From an uncultured Alphaproteobacteria bacterium (GTDB taxonomy: Bacteria; Pseudomonadota; Alphaproteobacteria; HIMB59; GCA-002718135): a stretch of 64,000 nucleotides of DNA. Both the position numbers and the translations under genes were made by a program. Within the stretch, counting starts at the first letter, position 1, and each line of letters opens with the position of its first letter. Under the pieces are notes generated by a model. It was not told the DNA's origin. It was given only the letters and a program-made list of their open reading frames with translations, and made no database searches. The stretch covers positions 23,794-87,793 of the forward strand of contig CACLJX010000004.1 of the NCBI GenBank assembly GCA_902607435.1. The letters are read 5' to 3'. Shown piece after piece: positions 52,932 to 62,219 of this stretch.

Positions 52932-53556
52932 GTTTTTTCTCACATAAATTATTATAATTATCTTTTAAGCTCCGTGAAACATCAAGACCTTGGGGACCTG
53001 TATTTTTAATTATTAATTTAGCATTTTTATGATTTATACCTCCACCGACATAAATTGGTTTTTTTAAATTTTTAAGCAAATTGATCTGATCTTTGCAATC
53101 ATAAATTGAAAATGTCTTAATTTTTTCTTTAGTGTAGACATTAAGATCATAATAAAAAACATTTATTAGAGTTGCGATTGATTGAAAATATTTAATATTA
53201 AATCTTTCAGGATTAACAGAAATTCCAATTTTTAATTTTTTAAATATTTTTTTTATAGCAGTTAAATCAGTTTTTTCAAAAAAGTAAGAACATGCAATTG
53301 TTTTTGGTTTGGTATAATCAATTTGTTTCACCAATTCTAAGGTTGTTTGATAGCTTGACAAAATAACAGATTCAATTTTATAATCATCGCATTCTTCAAT
53401 CAAATTTTTTATTGATTCATCATCGCAAGTATTTGGTCCTAGTAAATTATTGCTAGCAAATCCAAGAGATCGAACATTATTATTAGCAGCTGTTAGAATT
53501 GATTGTGAAGTCGTAATACCACAAACTTTTAGATCAACATTCAAATTACTCAGCAT
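52894..53556 (-). CDS. Divergent TrpF (PRAI)-like TIM-barrel isomerase
   Basis: LKVCGIT, LGF, YYD, GGGIN..N, GLDVS; lacks SPR and QLHG motifs. Confidence 0.7.
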   Translation of the reverse strand: MLSNLNVDLKVCGITTSQSILTAANNNVRSLGFASNNLLGPNTCDDESIKNLIEECDDYKIESVILSSYQTTLELVKQIDYTKPKTIACSYFFEKTDLTAIKKIFKKLKIGISVNPERFNIKYFQSIATLINVFYYDLNVYTKEKIKTFSIYDCKDQINLLKNLKKPIYVGGGINHKNAKLIIKNTGPQGLDVSRSLKDNYNNLCEKKLNKLLKILAVDV

Positions 53557-53580
53557 AGATAAAACTTTTCTTTGTTAAAT

Positions 53581-53898
53581 TTACAAGTCCGTGCTAAATT
53601 CATTAACAGCAAGACTTTCACATTCTTCTAATTTTTTAATTATATCTTGTCTACTGACATCAATATTTTTTGATTCGAAATCAATGACTAATTTATCAAT
53701 TATATCATCATCACCTGGTTTTTCTAAATCTGAAAGACGCACTTCTTTGATATATTCATCTTTATTTAAGGGTTGAAAAAGCTCAGCTGCCCATTTACCA
53801 ATTAATCTATTTCTTATAGATCTTATTTTAAATTGAGCTTCTTGATCTTTTTGATATTTAGCTTCAAAGCCTTTTTTTCTATCATCAAAAGTATCCAT
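53581..53898 (-). CDS. F1Fo-ATPase inhibitor zeta subunit (DUF1476)
   Basis: MDTFDDRKKGFEAKY..QFK..RNRLIGKWAAE, D...PGDDD. Confidence 0.9.
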   Translation of the reverse strand: MDTFDDRKKGFEAKYQKDQEAQFKIRSIRNRLIGKWAAELFQPLNKDEYIKEVRLSDLEKPGDDDIIDKLVIDFESKNIDVSRQDIIKKLEECESLAVNEFSTDL

Positions 53899-54012
53899 AT
53901 TGTATCTAAATTTACTATTATATTATTTATTCAATTTTATCATAATTTTTACATTATTTGTTTAGATTAAATGATTTGGTTAAAATAATATTATGTTTTA
54001 TAAACACGGCAA

Positions 54013-55614
54013 ATGAATCAAAAATTCAATATCCATCCAATCGAATCTAATCAAATTAAAGAATTTTTATCTGATGAGTGTTTAGAATTTGTTACTGAAT
54101 TACACACTTTATTTAATGCTAAAAGAATACACCTTTTAGAAGAAAGAAAAAATATACAGCAAAAACTTGATTCGGGCTGGACACCTGATTTTTTATATCA
54201 AACTCGCCAAATCAGAGAATCTGAATGGACAATATTATCTACCCCTGATGATTTATTAGATCGCAGAGTAGAAATCACGGGGCCTCCAATTCGTAAAATG
54301 ATTATTAACGCCCTTAATTCAGGGGCAAAAATATTTATGGCTGATTTTGAAGATTCTTTATCCCCTACTTGGAAAAACTTATTAGAAGGACAATTTTATC
54401 TTCATCAAGCAAATAAAAGAACAATTGATTTTACAGATTCAAAAAATAAAAAAGAATACAAGTTAAGTGATAATCCTGCCGTGTTAATTATTCGTCCCCG
54501 TGGTTGGCATCTTCCCGAAAAAAATTTATTGATTAACAATGATGAAAGTTCAGGATCTTTATTTGATTTTGGTGTGTATTTTTTTCATAATCATAAAATT
54601 CTTTTAAAAAATGGAACAGGTCCTTATTTTTATTTACCAAAAATAGAAAATCATAAAGAAGCACGCTTATGGTCAGAAGTTTTTAAATTTAGTGAAGAAA
54701 AATTTAATTTGTCTAAAGGAACAATTAAGGCAACAGTTTTAATTGAGACTATTTTAGCTGCTTTTGAAATGGATGAGATTTTATATGAATTAAAAGATAA
54801 TATTGTAGGACTCAATTGTGGTCGATGGGATTATATTTTTTCTTTTATTAAAAAGTTTCGCAATAACCCGGAATTTGTTTTGCCGGATCGTTCACTTGTT
54901 AGTATGCGTGTTCATTTTATGAAATCATATAGTGAATTATTAATACAAACATGCCATAAACGTCGCGCACATGCTATCGGAGGTATGGCTGCACAAATTC
55001 CTATTAAAGATAATGAAGAAAAAAATAAAAAATCGCTTCAAAAAGTATATGATGACAAACTAATCGAGGCATACAATGGACACGATGGTACGTGGGTGGC
55101 ACACCCTGATCTTGTTTCAATAGCAAAAGAAGTTTTTGATGCGCAGTTAGAATATCCCTGCCAGCTAGGTAATAAAAGAGAAGATGTTAATGTATCAGCA
55201 CAAGACTTATTAAAACTCCCGGTTAAAACAGCAGGGGGCCGAGTAGGAATTATTACTGAAAAAGGTATTTGTACAAATATTAATGTTGGTATCTTATATA
55301 TTGAAGCATGGATTAGAGGGCATGGATGTGTGCCATTATATAATTTGATGGAAGATGCAGCTACAGCTGAAATATCAAGGGCTCAAATATGGCAGTGGCT
55401 AAAACATGGTTCCAAAACTGTGGAGGGCAAACAAATTACAGTAGAATATTTCAAAAACTTGCTAGATGGAGAGTTACAAAAAATTAAATCAATGATTGGT
55501 GAAGAAAATTATAACAACGGCAAATTTAAAGAAGCATCTGATATATTTATAACAATGAGCACTTCAGATAATTTTGAAGAATTTTTGACCTTGCCTGCAT
55601 ACAAGTTATTATAA
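54013..55614 (+). CDS. aceB: Malate synthase A
   Basis: DRRVEITGP, ADFEDS, RPRGWHL, LNCGRWDYIFS, LMEDAATAEISR, FLTLPAY; 533 aa. Confidence 0.96.
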   Translation: MNQKFNIHPIESNQIKEFLSDECLEFVTELHTLFNAKRIHLLEERKNIQQKLDSGWTPDFLYQTRQIRESEWTILSTPDDLLDRRVEITGPPIRKMIINALNSGAKIFMADFEDSLSPTWKNLLEGQFYLHQANKRTIDFTDSKNKKEYKLSDNPAVLIIRPRGWHLPEKNLLINNDESSGSLFDFGVYFFHNHKILLKNGTGPYFYLPKIENHKEARLWSEVFKFSEEKFNLSKGTIKATVLIETILAAFEMDEILYELKDNIVGLNCGRWDYIFSFIKKFRNNPEFVLPDRSLVSMRVHFMKSYSELLIQTCHKRRAHAIGGMAAQIPIKDNEEKNKKSLQKVYDDKLIEAYNGHDGTWVAHPDLVSIAKEVFDAQLEYPCQLGNKREDVNVSAQDLLKLPVKTAGGRVGIITEKGICTNINVGILYIEAWIRGHGCVPLYNLMEDAATAEISRAQIWQWLKHGSKTVEGKQITVEYFKNLLDGELQKIKSMIGEENYNNGKFKEASDIFITMSTSDNFEEFLTLPAYKLL

Positions 55615-55652
55615 ATCCTCAACATTCATTGCAGATGATGGTAGAGTAAATA

Positions 55653-56054
55653 ATGATTTCTAAATATTTTGACCAACTATTTCAAGAAGCAATAAAAGTT
55701 CGTAAAAAAGCACATGTGCCTTATTCAAAATTTAAAGTTGGTGCTGCTTTATTAACAGAAAACAAAAAAATTATTGTTGGATGTAATGTAGAAAATGCAG
55801 CCTATCCTCAATCTCAATGCGCAGAAGCTACCGCAATAGGAAATTTAGTAACCCAAGGATTTAATACAATAATAGAAATTGTTGTTATTGGCTCGGGAGA
55901 TCAATTGTGCTCCCCGTGCGGTGGTTGTAGACAAAGGATTAGAGAATTTGCTCCATTAAATACGCCTATTCATATGTGTAATGTTGATGGACATCAAAAA
56001 ACCTTAACACTTGCTGAATTACTGCCTTATTCTTTTGGGTCAGAAAATTTATAA
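55653..56054 (+). CDS. cdd: Cytidine deaminase
   Basis: PYSKFKVGAAL, NVENAAY..CAE, PCGGCRQ. Confidence 0.95.
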   Translation: MISKYFDQLFQEAIKVRKKAHVPYSKFKVGAALLTENKKIIVGCNVENAAYPQSQCAEATAIGNLVTQGFNTIIEIVVIGSGDQLCSPCGGCRQRIREFAPLNTPIHMCNVDGHQKTLTLAELLPYSFGSENL

Positions 56055-56884
56055 TGCTAGAATCCTCTAAAATTTTTTTAAATACTACAAAAAATATACA
56101 ACCTGAAATAGCAGTTATTCTAGGTAGTGGATTAACTAATTTTTTTGATAATGAAAATATTTTTTATACAATCTCCTATGAAAACTTACCAGAATTTCCT
56201 CAGCCAACTATTAAAGGTCATGCTGGTAAATTAGTATTAGGAAATATTCACAATCATAAAGTGATTTGTATGTATGGACGTTCACATATATATGAAGGAC
56301 ATTCGCCCCCTATTCTTGCCAATCCTATTCGTGTTCTAAAAGATATTGGTTGTAAACTTTTAATTGTGACGAATGCAGCAGGAAGTTTAAAACAGGACAT
56401 GCCACCGGGAAGTTTAATGACAATTAGTGATCATATAAATTGGAGTGGATTTAATCCACTCATAGGAGCTAATGCCGAGTCATATGGGCCAAGATTTCAC
56501 GATATGAGTGATGCTTACCATCAGTTTTATCGTAACCAGTTAATAAAAATTGCTTCAAAAAATAATCAGTCACTTTTTGAAGGAGTATATTGCATGTATT
56601 CCGGTCCTAATTTTGAAACACCAGCAGAAATTAAAGCATTACAAGTTATAGGTGGAAGTGCTGTTGGCATGTCTACAGTGCCTGAAGTTATTGTAGCTAA
56701 TCACTGCTCCTTGCCAGTAATTGGAATTAGTGTAATTACAAATTATGCAGCAGGTATAAGTAAAACAAAATTAAGTCATCAAGAAACGTTAGAACAAGCT
56801 TCATTTGCAGAAGACAATGTTGTTAATCTTCTCAAAAATTTTATTAAAGATGTAAACTTTGATGATACCGCAAGAAATAATTAG
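56054..56884 (+). CDS. Purine-nucleoside phosphorylase (trimeric PunA/XapA type)
   Basis: ILGSGL, GHAG, GRSHIYEG, TNAAG, GPNFETPAE, VGMSTVPE. Confidence 0.95.
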   Translation: MLESSKIFLNTTKNIQPEIAVILGSGLTNFFDNENIFYTISYENLPEFPQPTIKGHAGKLVLGNIHNHKVICMYGRSHIYEGHSPPILANPIRVLKDIGCKLLIVTNAAGSLKQDMPPGSLMTISDHINWSGFNPLIGANAESYGPRFHDMSDAYHQFYRNQLIKIASKNNQSLFEGVYCMYSGPNFETPAEIKALQVIGGSAVGMSTVPEVIVANHCSLPVIGISVITNYAAGISKTKLSHQETLEQASFAEDNVVNLLKNFIKDVNFDDTARNN

Positions 56885-58175
56885 AAAAAAAAGAAATAAA
56901 CAACACCTTACTGAAAAGGAAATTAGATTGTTTGTTAATGGTTTAACAGATAGCTCTTTTTCTGATTCACAAATCGCGGCGATGAGTATGGCTATTTTAT
57001 TAAATGGGATGTCAGAGCAAGAAATTATTTGGATGACACAATACATGACTCATTCAGGAGATACACTAAATTGGAAAGATATCGTAAATAGTGATTTAGT
57101 ATGTGATAAACATTCTACTGGAGGAGTTGGTGACAAAGTAAGTTTAATATTAGCCCCAATCCTTGCTGCATGTGATCTATACGTTCCTATGATTTCAGGA
57201 AGAGGACTTGGTCATACAGGAGGCACTCTAGATAAATTTGACTCTATTCCAGGTTATAATACTCAGCCAAATATAGATATATTTTATAAAGTTGTTAAAG
57301 AAGTTGGTTGCGCTATTATTGGCCAAACTTCTAATTTAGCTCCTGCTGATAAAAAATTGTATTCTATTAGGGATATAACAGGGACAGTTGAATCTATACC
57401 TTTAATTACTTCTTCTATTCTTTCAAAAAAAATTGCTTCAGGTTTAAAAAGTCTTGTGTTGGATGTTAAAGTTGGGAATGGATCTTTCAATGATACGGAA
57501 GAAATGGCCTCAAATCTAGCGGTTTCTCTAGTTAAAGTTGCTAAAGGAGCTGGTTTAAACTGCGAAGCTATTTTAACTGATATGAATCAAGTCCTGGGAT
57601 TTAGTGCTGGTCATGCTTTAGAAGTTAAAGAAAGCATTGAATATTTATTAAATAATAAAAAAAATAAAAGACTTGAAAAAATAACAAATGAATTAGCATC
57701 CTCTATTTTAGTGATGACAAAAAAAATAAATAAACATGATGCATTAATAAAAATCAACGAAGTTATAAATAATGGAAAAGCTGCAGAAAAATTTGAAAAG
57801 ATGGTCTCTGCTTTAGGAGGCTTAAAAAACCTATTAACAAATTTTAAAACTTCCTTGCCAAAAGCATCATATATAGAACAAATAGTAGCTCTCAAAGAAG
57901 GATTTATTAAATCAATTCATACACGCAATCTTGGCTTAATATTAATTGAGTTAGGAGGAGGAAGAAAACAAATTAATGATAAAATAAATTTTTCAGTTGG
58001 ATATGAAAATATAATTGAGATAGGTAAGACTGTTACATCTTTAACTCCATTGGTAGAGGTGCATACTTCTTCAAAAGTTGATTTTGATAAAGTAAAAAAT
58101 AAGATCCAATCATGCTTTGAAATTAGTGATGACAAGGTTACGGAACTTGATACAATTTATAAAACAATTAAGTAA
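56862..58175 (+). CDS. deoA: Thymidine phosphorylase
   Basis: IPQEIIRKKR, DKHSTGGVGDK, SGRGLGHTGGTLDK, SILSKK. Confidence 0.95.
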   Translation: MIPQEIIRKKRNKQHLTEKEIRLFVNGLTDSSFSDSQIAAMSMAILLNGMSEQEIIWMTQYMTHSGDTLNWKDIVNSDLVCDKHSTGGVGDKVSLILAPILAACDLYVPMISGRGLGHTGGTLDKFDSIPGYNTQPNIDIFYKVVKEVGCAIIGQTSNLAPADKKLYSIRDITGTVESIPLITSSILSKKIASGLKSLVLDVKVGNGSFNDTEEMASNLAVSLVKVAKGAGLNCEAILTDMNQVLGFSAGHALEVKESIEYLLNNKKNKRLEKITNELASSILVMTKKINKHDALIKINEVINNGKAAEKFEKMVSALGGLKNLLTNFKTSLPKASYIEQIVALKEGFIKSIHTRNLGLILIELGGGRKQINDKINFSVGYENIIEIGKTVTSLTPLVEVHTSSKVDFDKVKNKIQSCFEISDDKVTELDTIYKTIK

Positions 58176-58177
58176 TA

Positions 58178-58834
58178 ATGAGTTCACAAATTGAAATTAA
58201 TTCTAATTTAGTAAAATATCTTGCTTTAAATGGATATCGTCCTGATCCAATCATTGATGCATTAGTAAAAGAAACAAAATCTCTAGGAGCAGTAGCGCAA
58301 ATGCAAATTGCTCCAGAACAAGGACAATTTCTTGAGATTATTGTTAAACTTTTTAAGGCTAAACAGTGCTTAGAAGTTGGTCGCTTTACCGGCCTTAGTT
58401 CATTATGTATTGCTAGAGGATTATCTCAGGATGGAAGAATTATAGCTATCGATAATTCAGATGAATTTCTTCCTCTAGCTAAAAAATATTGGAAAAAAGC
58501 TGGAGTGCAACACAAAATTGAATCTGTGATTGGCCAAGGTGTGGATGTGATGCAAAGTTATATCGATCGCCAGTTTTTTTTTGATTTAATTTTTATTGAT
58601 GCTGATAAAAATAATTATCCTAATTATTATGAACTCTCACTCCAGCTTTTACCAACTAATGGTTTAATGATGATTGATAATATGTTGTGGGGAGGAAACG
58701 TTGCAGATATATCAGATATAAATCAACAAACAGAGACAATTCGCAAATTAAATAATAACATATTGAAAGATAATAGAGTTGAATTTTCTCTTCTTCCTTT
58801 GGCAGATGGTATTTCTTTTATAAGAAAAAAATAG
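58178..58834 (+). CDS. O-methyltransferase (caffeoyl-CoA OMT family)
   Basis: MQIAPEQG, EVGRFTG, FIDADK.NY, DNMLWGG. Confidence 0.9.
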   Translation: MSSQIEINSNLVKYLALNGYRPDPIIDALVKETKSLGAVAQMQIAPEQGQFLEIIVKLFKAKQCLEVGRFTGLSSLCIARGLSQDGRIIAIDNSDEFLPLAKKYWKKAGVQHKIESVIGQGVDVMQSYIDRQFFFDLIFIDADKNNYPNYYELSLQLLPTNGLMMIDNMLWGGNVADISDINQQTETIRKLNNNILKDNRVEFSLLPLADGISFIRKK

Positions 58835-58840
58835 TTTTTT

Positions 58841-58868
58841 CTTGATTTTTTTTTTTTAGTTCACATAT
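58841..58868 (+). promoter_or_regulatory. Putative RpoH promoter of the small HSP gene
   Basis: CTTG-N17-CACATAT. Confidence 0.6.
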
Positions 58869-58874
58869 TATTTA

Positions 58875-58932
58875 TGTTGGTATGCCATTGTGGGTGCTGA
58901 CAAAATAACTTGCTTTAAAAGGAGTTTTTATG
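58875..58932 (+). promoter_or_regulatory. ROSE-like RNA thermometer
   Basis: Hairpin 1 58875-58902; hairpin 2 AACTTGCT-TTAAA-AGGAGTT pairs the UUGCU motif (bulged G) with the SD. Confidence 0.75.
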
Positions 58933-59367
58933 ACTAGAAACCTATCCGTTTGGAATTCTCTTAGACCTTTTTCTGTTGGATTTGACTCAATTTTTGAGGA
59001 GTTTGATCGTATGTTAGAGTCTACTGAGCGTTATAATTCTAACTACCCACCTTATAATATTCGCAAGATAAATGACAATGATTATAAAATTGAAGTTGCT
59101 CTTGCTGGATATAGTAAAAATGACATTGAATTAGAATTGAAAGATAGCACGCTAACAGTTCGAAACAAAACAAAAGAAAAAGTAATTAATGATGAGAGCA
59201 ATGGTGTTATTCATAAAGGTATTTCTACAAGACAATTTGAAAGATCTTTTACTATTTCAGAAGACATTAAGGTAAAAAATGCTGAACTTAGTAATGGTTT
59301 ACTCAATATTGATCTTGAGCGAATTATACCCGATGAAAAGAAACCCCGTCTCATTGAAATTAATTAA
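58930..59367 (+). CDS. ibpA: Small heat shock protein (IbpA/Hsp20)
   Basis: VGFD, NYPPYNI, ALAGY, HKGISTRQFERSF, NGLL. Confidence 0.93.
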   Translation: MTRNLSVWNSLRPFSVGFDSIFEEFDRMLESTERYNSNYPPYNIRKINDNDYKIEVALAGYSKNDIELELKDSTLTVRNKTKEKVINDESNGVIHKGISTRQFERSFTISEDIKVKNAELSNGLLNIDLERIIPDEKKPRLIEIN

Positions 59368-59371
59368 GGGT

Positions 59372-59390
59372 AGGGGGCAATAGCCCCCTT
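59372..59390 (+). terminator. Terminator-like hairpin after ibpA
   Basis: AGGGGGC-AATA-GCCCCCT; short U tail. Confidence 0.65.
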
Positions 59391-59431
59391 CATCGATATA
59401 TTGTCACACCTATACTCATAATCTGTTCTAC

Positions 59432-59448
59432 CTTAGAATTATTATAAA
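59432..59448. promoter_or_regulatory. Irr (ICE)-like box upstream of the Fe-binding protein gene
   Basis: CTTAGAATTATTATAAA, 15/17 match to TTTRGAAYNRTTCYAAA. Confidence 0.5.
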
Positions 59449-59548
59449 TATAAAATTATATAAATTTCTTTTATATAATTAAGAAAAAAATTATTATTTT
59501 TTTTATAAAAATTTTGTTTAAGATAATAATCATATCTTTGGAGTTTTT

Positions 59549-60565
59549 ATGAAAAAATTTTTTCTTATTTCTTTGTTATATATTAATATAATAATTTCTT
59601 TTGATGTATATGCAATAAATGAAGTCAATGTTTATTCATATAGACAACCAATATTAATCGATCCATTTTTTGATCAATTTACTAAATCAACTGGAATTAA
59701 AGTAAATGTTCTTCATGCGAAAAAAGGATTATTAGAAAGATTATTATCAGAGGGGGCAAATACACCCGCTGATTTAGTACTCACAGTTGATATTGCTAGA
59801 TTAAATCAGTTTGTGAAAAATGATCTTTTAATGCCTATTGAATCTTCTATTCTAAAAACTAATATTCCTTCACATTTGAGAGACAGCAAAAATCGTTGGT
59901 TTGCTCTTTCAAAAAGAGCAAGAATTATTGCAATTTCAAACACCCGAATCAAACCTGGAGCGATAAATAGAATAGAAGACTTAGTTGATCCTAAATGGAA
60001 AGGGAAAATTTGTACTAGGGTAGGAAGTCATGATTACAATAGATCTTTATTAGCTTCATTAATAGCAGCTCATGGAGAAACCAAAGCAGAAGAATGGGCT
60101 AAGGGATTGGTTGCAAATTTAGCACGCAAACCTGAAGGTAATGACAGAGCGCAAGCAAAAGCAATACACGAAGGTGTTTGTGATATTGCTATAATGAATA
60201 CTTATTATTATGGCAAAATGAAATTTAATAAAAAAAATACTGAACAAAAATTTTGGGCTGATTCTATTAATATTATTTTTACAAATCAAAATGATAGAGG
60301 AAATCACATCAATGTTGCTGGTGGAGGTTTAGTTAAATATTCTAAGAATAAGGAGAATGCTATTGCTTTATTAGAATTTTTAACTCAACCAAAAGCCCAA
60401 GCCTTGTATTCTTCAATGAATTATGAATATCCAGTTAATCCTACTTTACCCTTAAGTGAAGAACTTAAATCATGGGGTAGTTTTAAAGAAGATAAATTAC
60501 CAGTAGAAAAATTAGCTGAATTAGCACCTGTTGCACAAAAAATTATTGATAGAGTTGGCTGGTAA
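59549..60565 (+). CDS. Fe(III) ABC transporter periplasmic binding protein (FbpA/FutA family)
   Basis: Signal peptide; VNVYSYRQ, EGANTPADL, GNDR, NTYYY, NYEYP. Confidence 0.93.
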   Translation: MKKFFLISLLYINIIISFDVYAINEVNVYSYRQPILIDPFFDQFTKSTGIKVNVLHAKKGLLERLLSEGANTPADLVLTVDIARLNQFVKNDLLMPIESSILKTNIPSHLRDSKNRWFALSKRARIIAISNTRIKPGAINRIEDLVDPKWKGKICTRVGSHDYNRSLLASLIAAHGETKAEEWAKGLVANLARKPEGNDRAQAKAIHEGVCDIAIMNTYYYGKMKFNKKNTEQKFWADSINIIFTNQNDRGNHINVAGGGLVKYSKNKENAIALLEFLTQPKAQALYSSMNYEYPVNPTLPLSEELKSWGSFKEDKLPVEKLAELAPVAQKIIDRVGW

Positions 60566-60582
60566 AGTATAGGGTAAAAAAC

Positions 60583-62193
60583 TTGTATAACTGGAATATT
60601 TGGTCAGTATCCGTATCAATTGTTGCTCTCGTAATAATTGCACCAGTATTGGCTATTTTTTATTCTGCTTTTATTGGAGACACTTCCTTGTGGCCTCATT
60701 TATTTTCTACAGTTCTGCCTCGTTATATTTTTAACACAATCTTTCTTATGCTTGGAGTCGGGGTTCTTAGTCTTTTTTTTGGCGTTTCAACAGCCTGGGT
60801 TATTACTCGATATAATTTTATAGGAAAAACTTTTTTTGAATGGTCCTTACTTTTGCCCGCTGCAGTCCCGGCGTATATCATAGCCTATACTTATACAGAT
60901 ATTTTCGAATATGCTGGGCCAGTTCAAGGGATGTTGCGAGATTTTTTTGGATGGACAAGTTCAAAGGATTATTGGTTTCCTGAAATCAGATCTTTAGGGG
61001 GAGCAGTTTTGGTTATGTCCTCTGTCCTGTATCCATACATTTATCTAATGACCAGAGCTTCTTTTCTTTCTACTCCCACTTCTTATTATCAAGTAAGTTT
61101 AATGCATAACAGGAATGCTTTTTTCCACGTTGCTCTTCCTTTAGCACGCCCAGGAATCGTAGCTGGACTAGCTTTAGTATTAATGGAGACAATTTCTGAT
61201 TTTGGAACCGTAGAATATTTTGCAGTTGAAACTTTAACACTTGGTGTATTTAATGTTTGGTTAGGTATGAACAGCTTGTCTGGGGCTGCACAAATATCTT
61301 CCATTTTATTTATATTTGTAATTGTATTATTAACACTTGAATTCTTGGCAAGGAGGCGACAAAGATTTCATGAAAAAAGTAGTGGTCAAGATACATTAAG
61401 CCCTCTATCATTAAAAATTTCTAATCAATGTATCTGTCTAGTTTTGTGCAGTATTCCTTTAATACTTGGTTTTATAATACCAGTAACAGTTTTGTTAAAT
61501 TTTGTATTTAAAGGGTTAGCTGTGATTAATTATTTGGAAATTATCCAAGCGACAATAACAAGTATAATTTTATCAATCTCAGCATCTTTCGTAGTTATTT
61601 TTTTTGCAACGTTAATGATTGTGGTAACTTTCTATAAATCAAATACATCTCAGCGCGTTTTAACATTTCTTGCATCCTGTGGTTATGCTTTTCCAGGAAC
61701 TATTTTAGCTGTGGGAGTTGTAGTTTTCGTTGGTTGGATAAATGATCTTATTTATTTCCATTTAAGTTATTTAGCCGGGGGCATCATAGTTTTATTTTTT
61801 GCTTATTTAATAAGATTTCTTGCCGTAGGTTATGGATCAATAAAGTCTGGGATTGCCAAAATTCATCCAAACATTGTTGATTCAAGTTTAACAATGGGAG
61901 TTAATTTTTTCAAAATAATGACAAATATAATTATTCCCTTAATTTATACTAACATGATTGTGGGAGGTATTCTTGTTTTTGTTGATATTTTAAAAGAACT
62001 ACCTATGACACTTTTGTTGCGTCCATTTAATTTTGAAACTTTAGCCACCTATGTATATCAATATGCTTCTGATGAAATGTTAGAAGAATCATCTCTAGCG
62101 GCAATTATTATAGTTTTAACAGGTTTAGGCCCTATAGTTTATTTGAACTCAACTCTTAAAAACATATCTAAGAAAAAATCGAAATTAGTCTAA
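60583..62193 (+). CDS. Fe(III) ABC transporter permease (FbpB family)
   Basis: PAYIIAYTY, YPYIYL, DFGTV, KELPMTLLLRPFNFETLA. Confidence 0.93.
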   Translation: MYNWNIWSVSVSIVALVIIAPVLAIFYSAFIGDTSLWPHLFSTVLPRYIFNTIFLMLGVGVLSLFFGVSTAWVITRYNFIGKTFFEWSLLLPAAVPAYIIAYTYTDIFEYAGPVQGMLRDFFGWTSSKDYWFPEIRSLGGAVLVMSSVLYPYIYLMTRASFLSTPTSYYQVSLMHNRNAFFHVALPLARPGIVAGLALVLMETISDFGTVEYFAVETLTLGVFNVWLGMNSLSGAAQISSILFIFVIVLLTLEFLARRRQRFHEKSSGQDTLSPLSLKISNQCICLVLCSIPLILGFIIPVTVLLNFVFKGLAVINYLEIIQATITSIILSISASFVVIFFATLMIVVTFYKSNTSQRVLTFLASCGYAFPGTILAVGVVVFVGWINDLIYFHLSYLAGGIIVLFFAYLIRFLAVGYGSIKSGIAKIHPNIVDSSLTMGVNFFKIMTNIIIPLIYTNMIVGGILVFVDILKELPMTLLLRPFNFETLATYVYQYASDEMLEESSLAAIIIVLTGLGPIVYLNSTLKNISKKKSKLV

Positions 62194-62219
62194 TAATACA
62201 TCAAATTAATCTTATAAAT

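Noticed and set aside
58846-58857. T12 tract in the ibpA promoter spacer as a phase-variation switch
   Set aside because: Long A/T runs are common here (e.g. A11 in holA); no evidence of variation from one sequence.
523-61304. Many short antisense or alternate-frame ORFs in the track (e.g. 523-723, 4825-5148, 17289-17675, 20768-21169)
   Set aside because: All nest within well-identified genes and carry no motifs; shadow ORFs.
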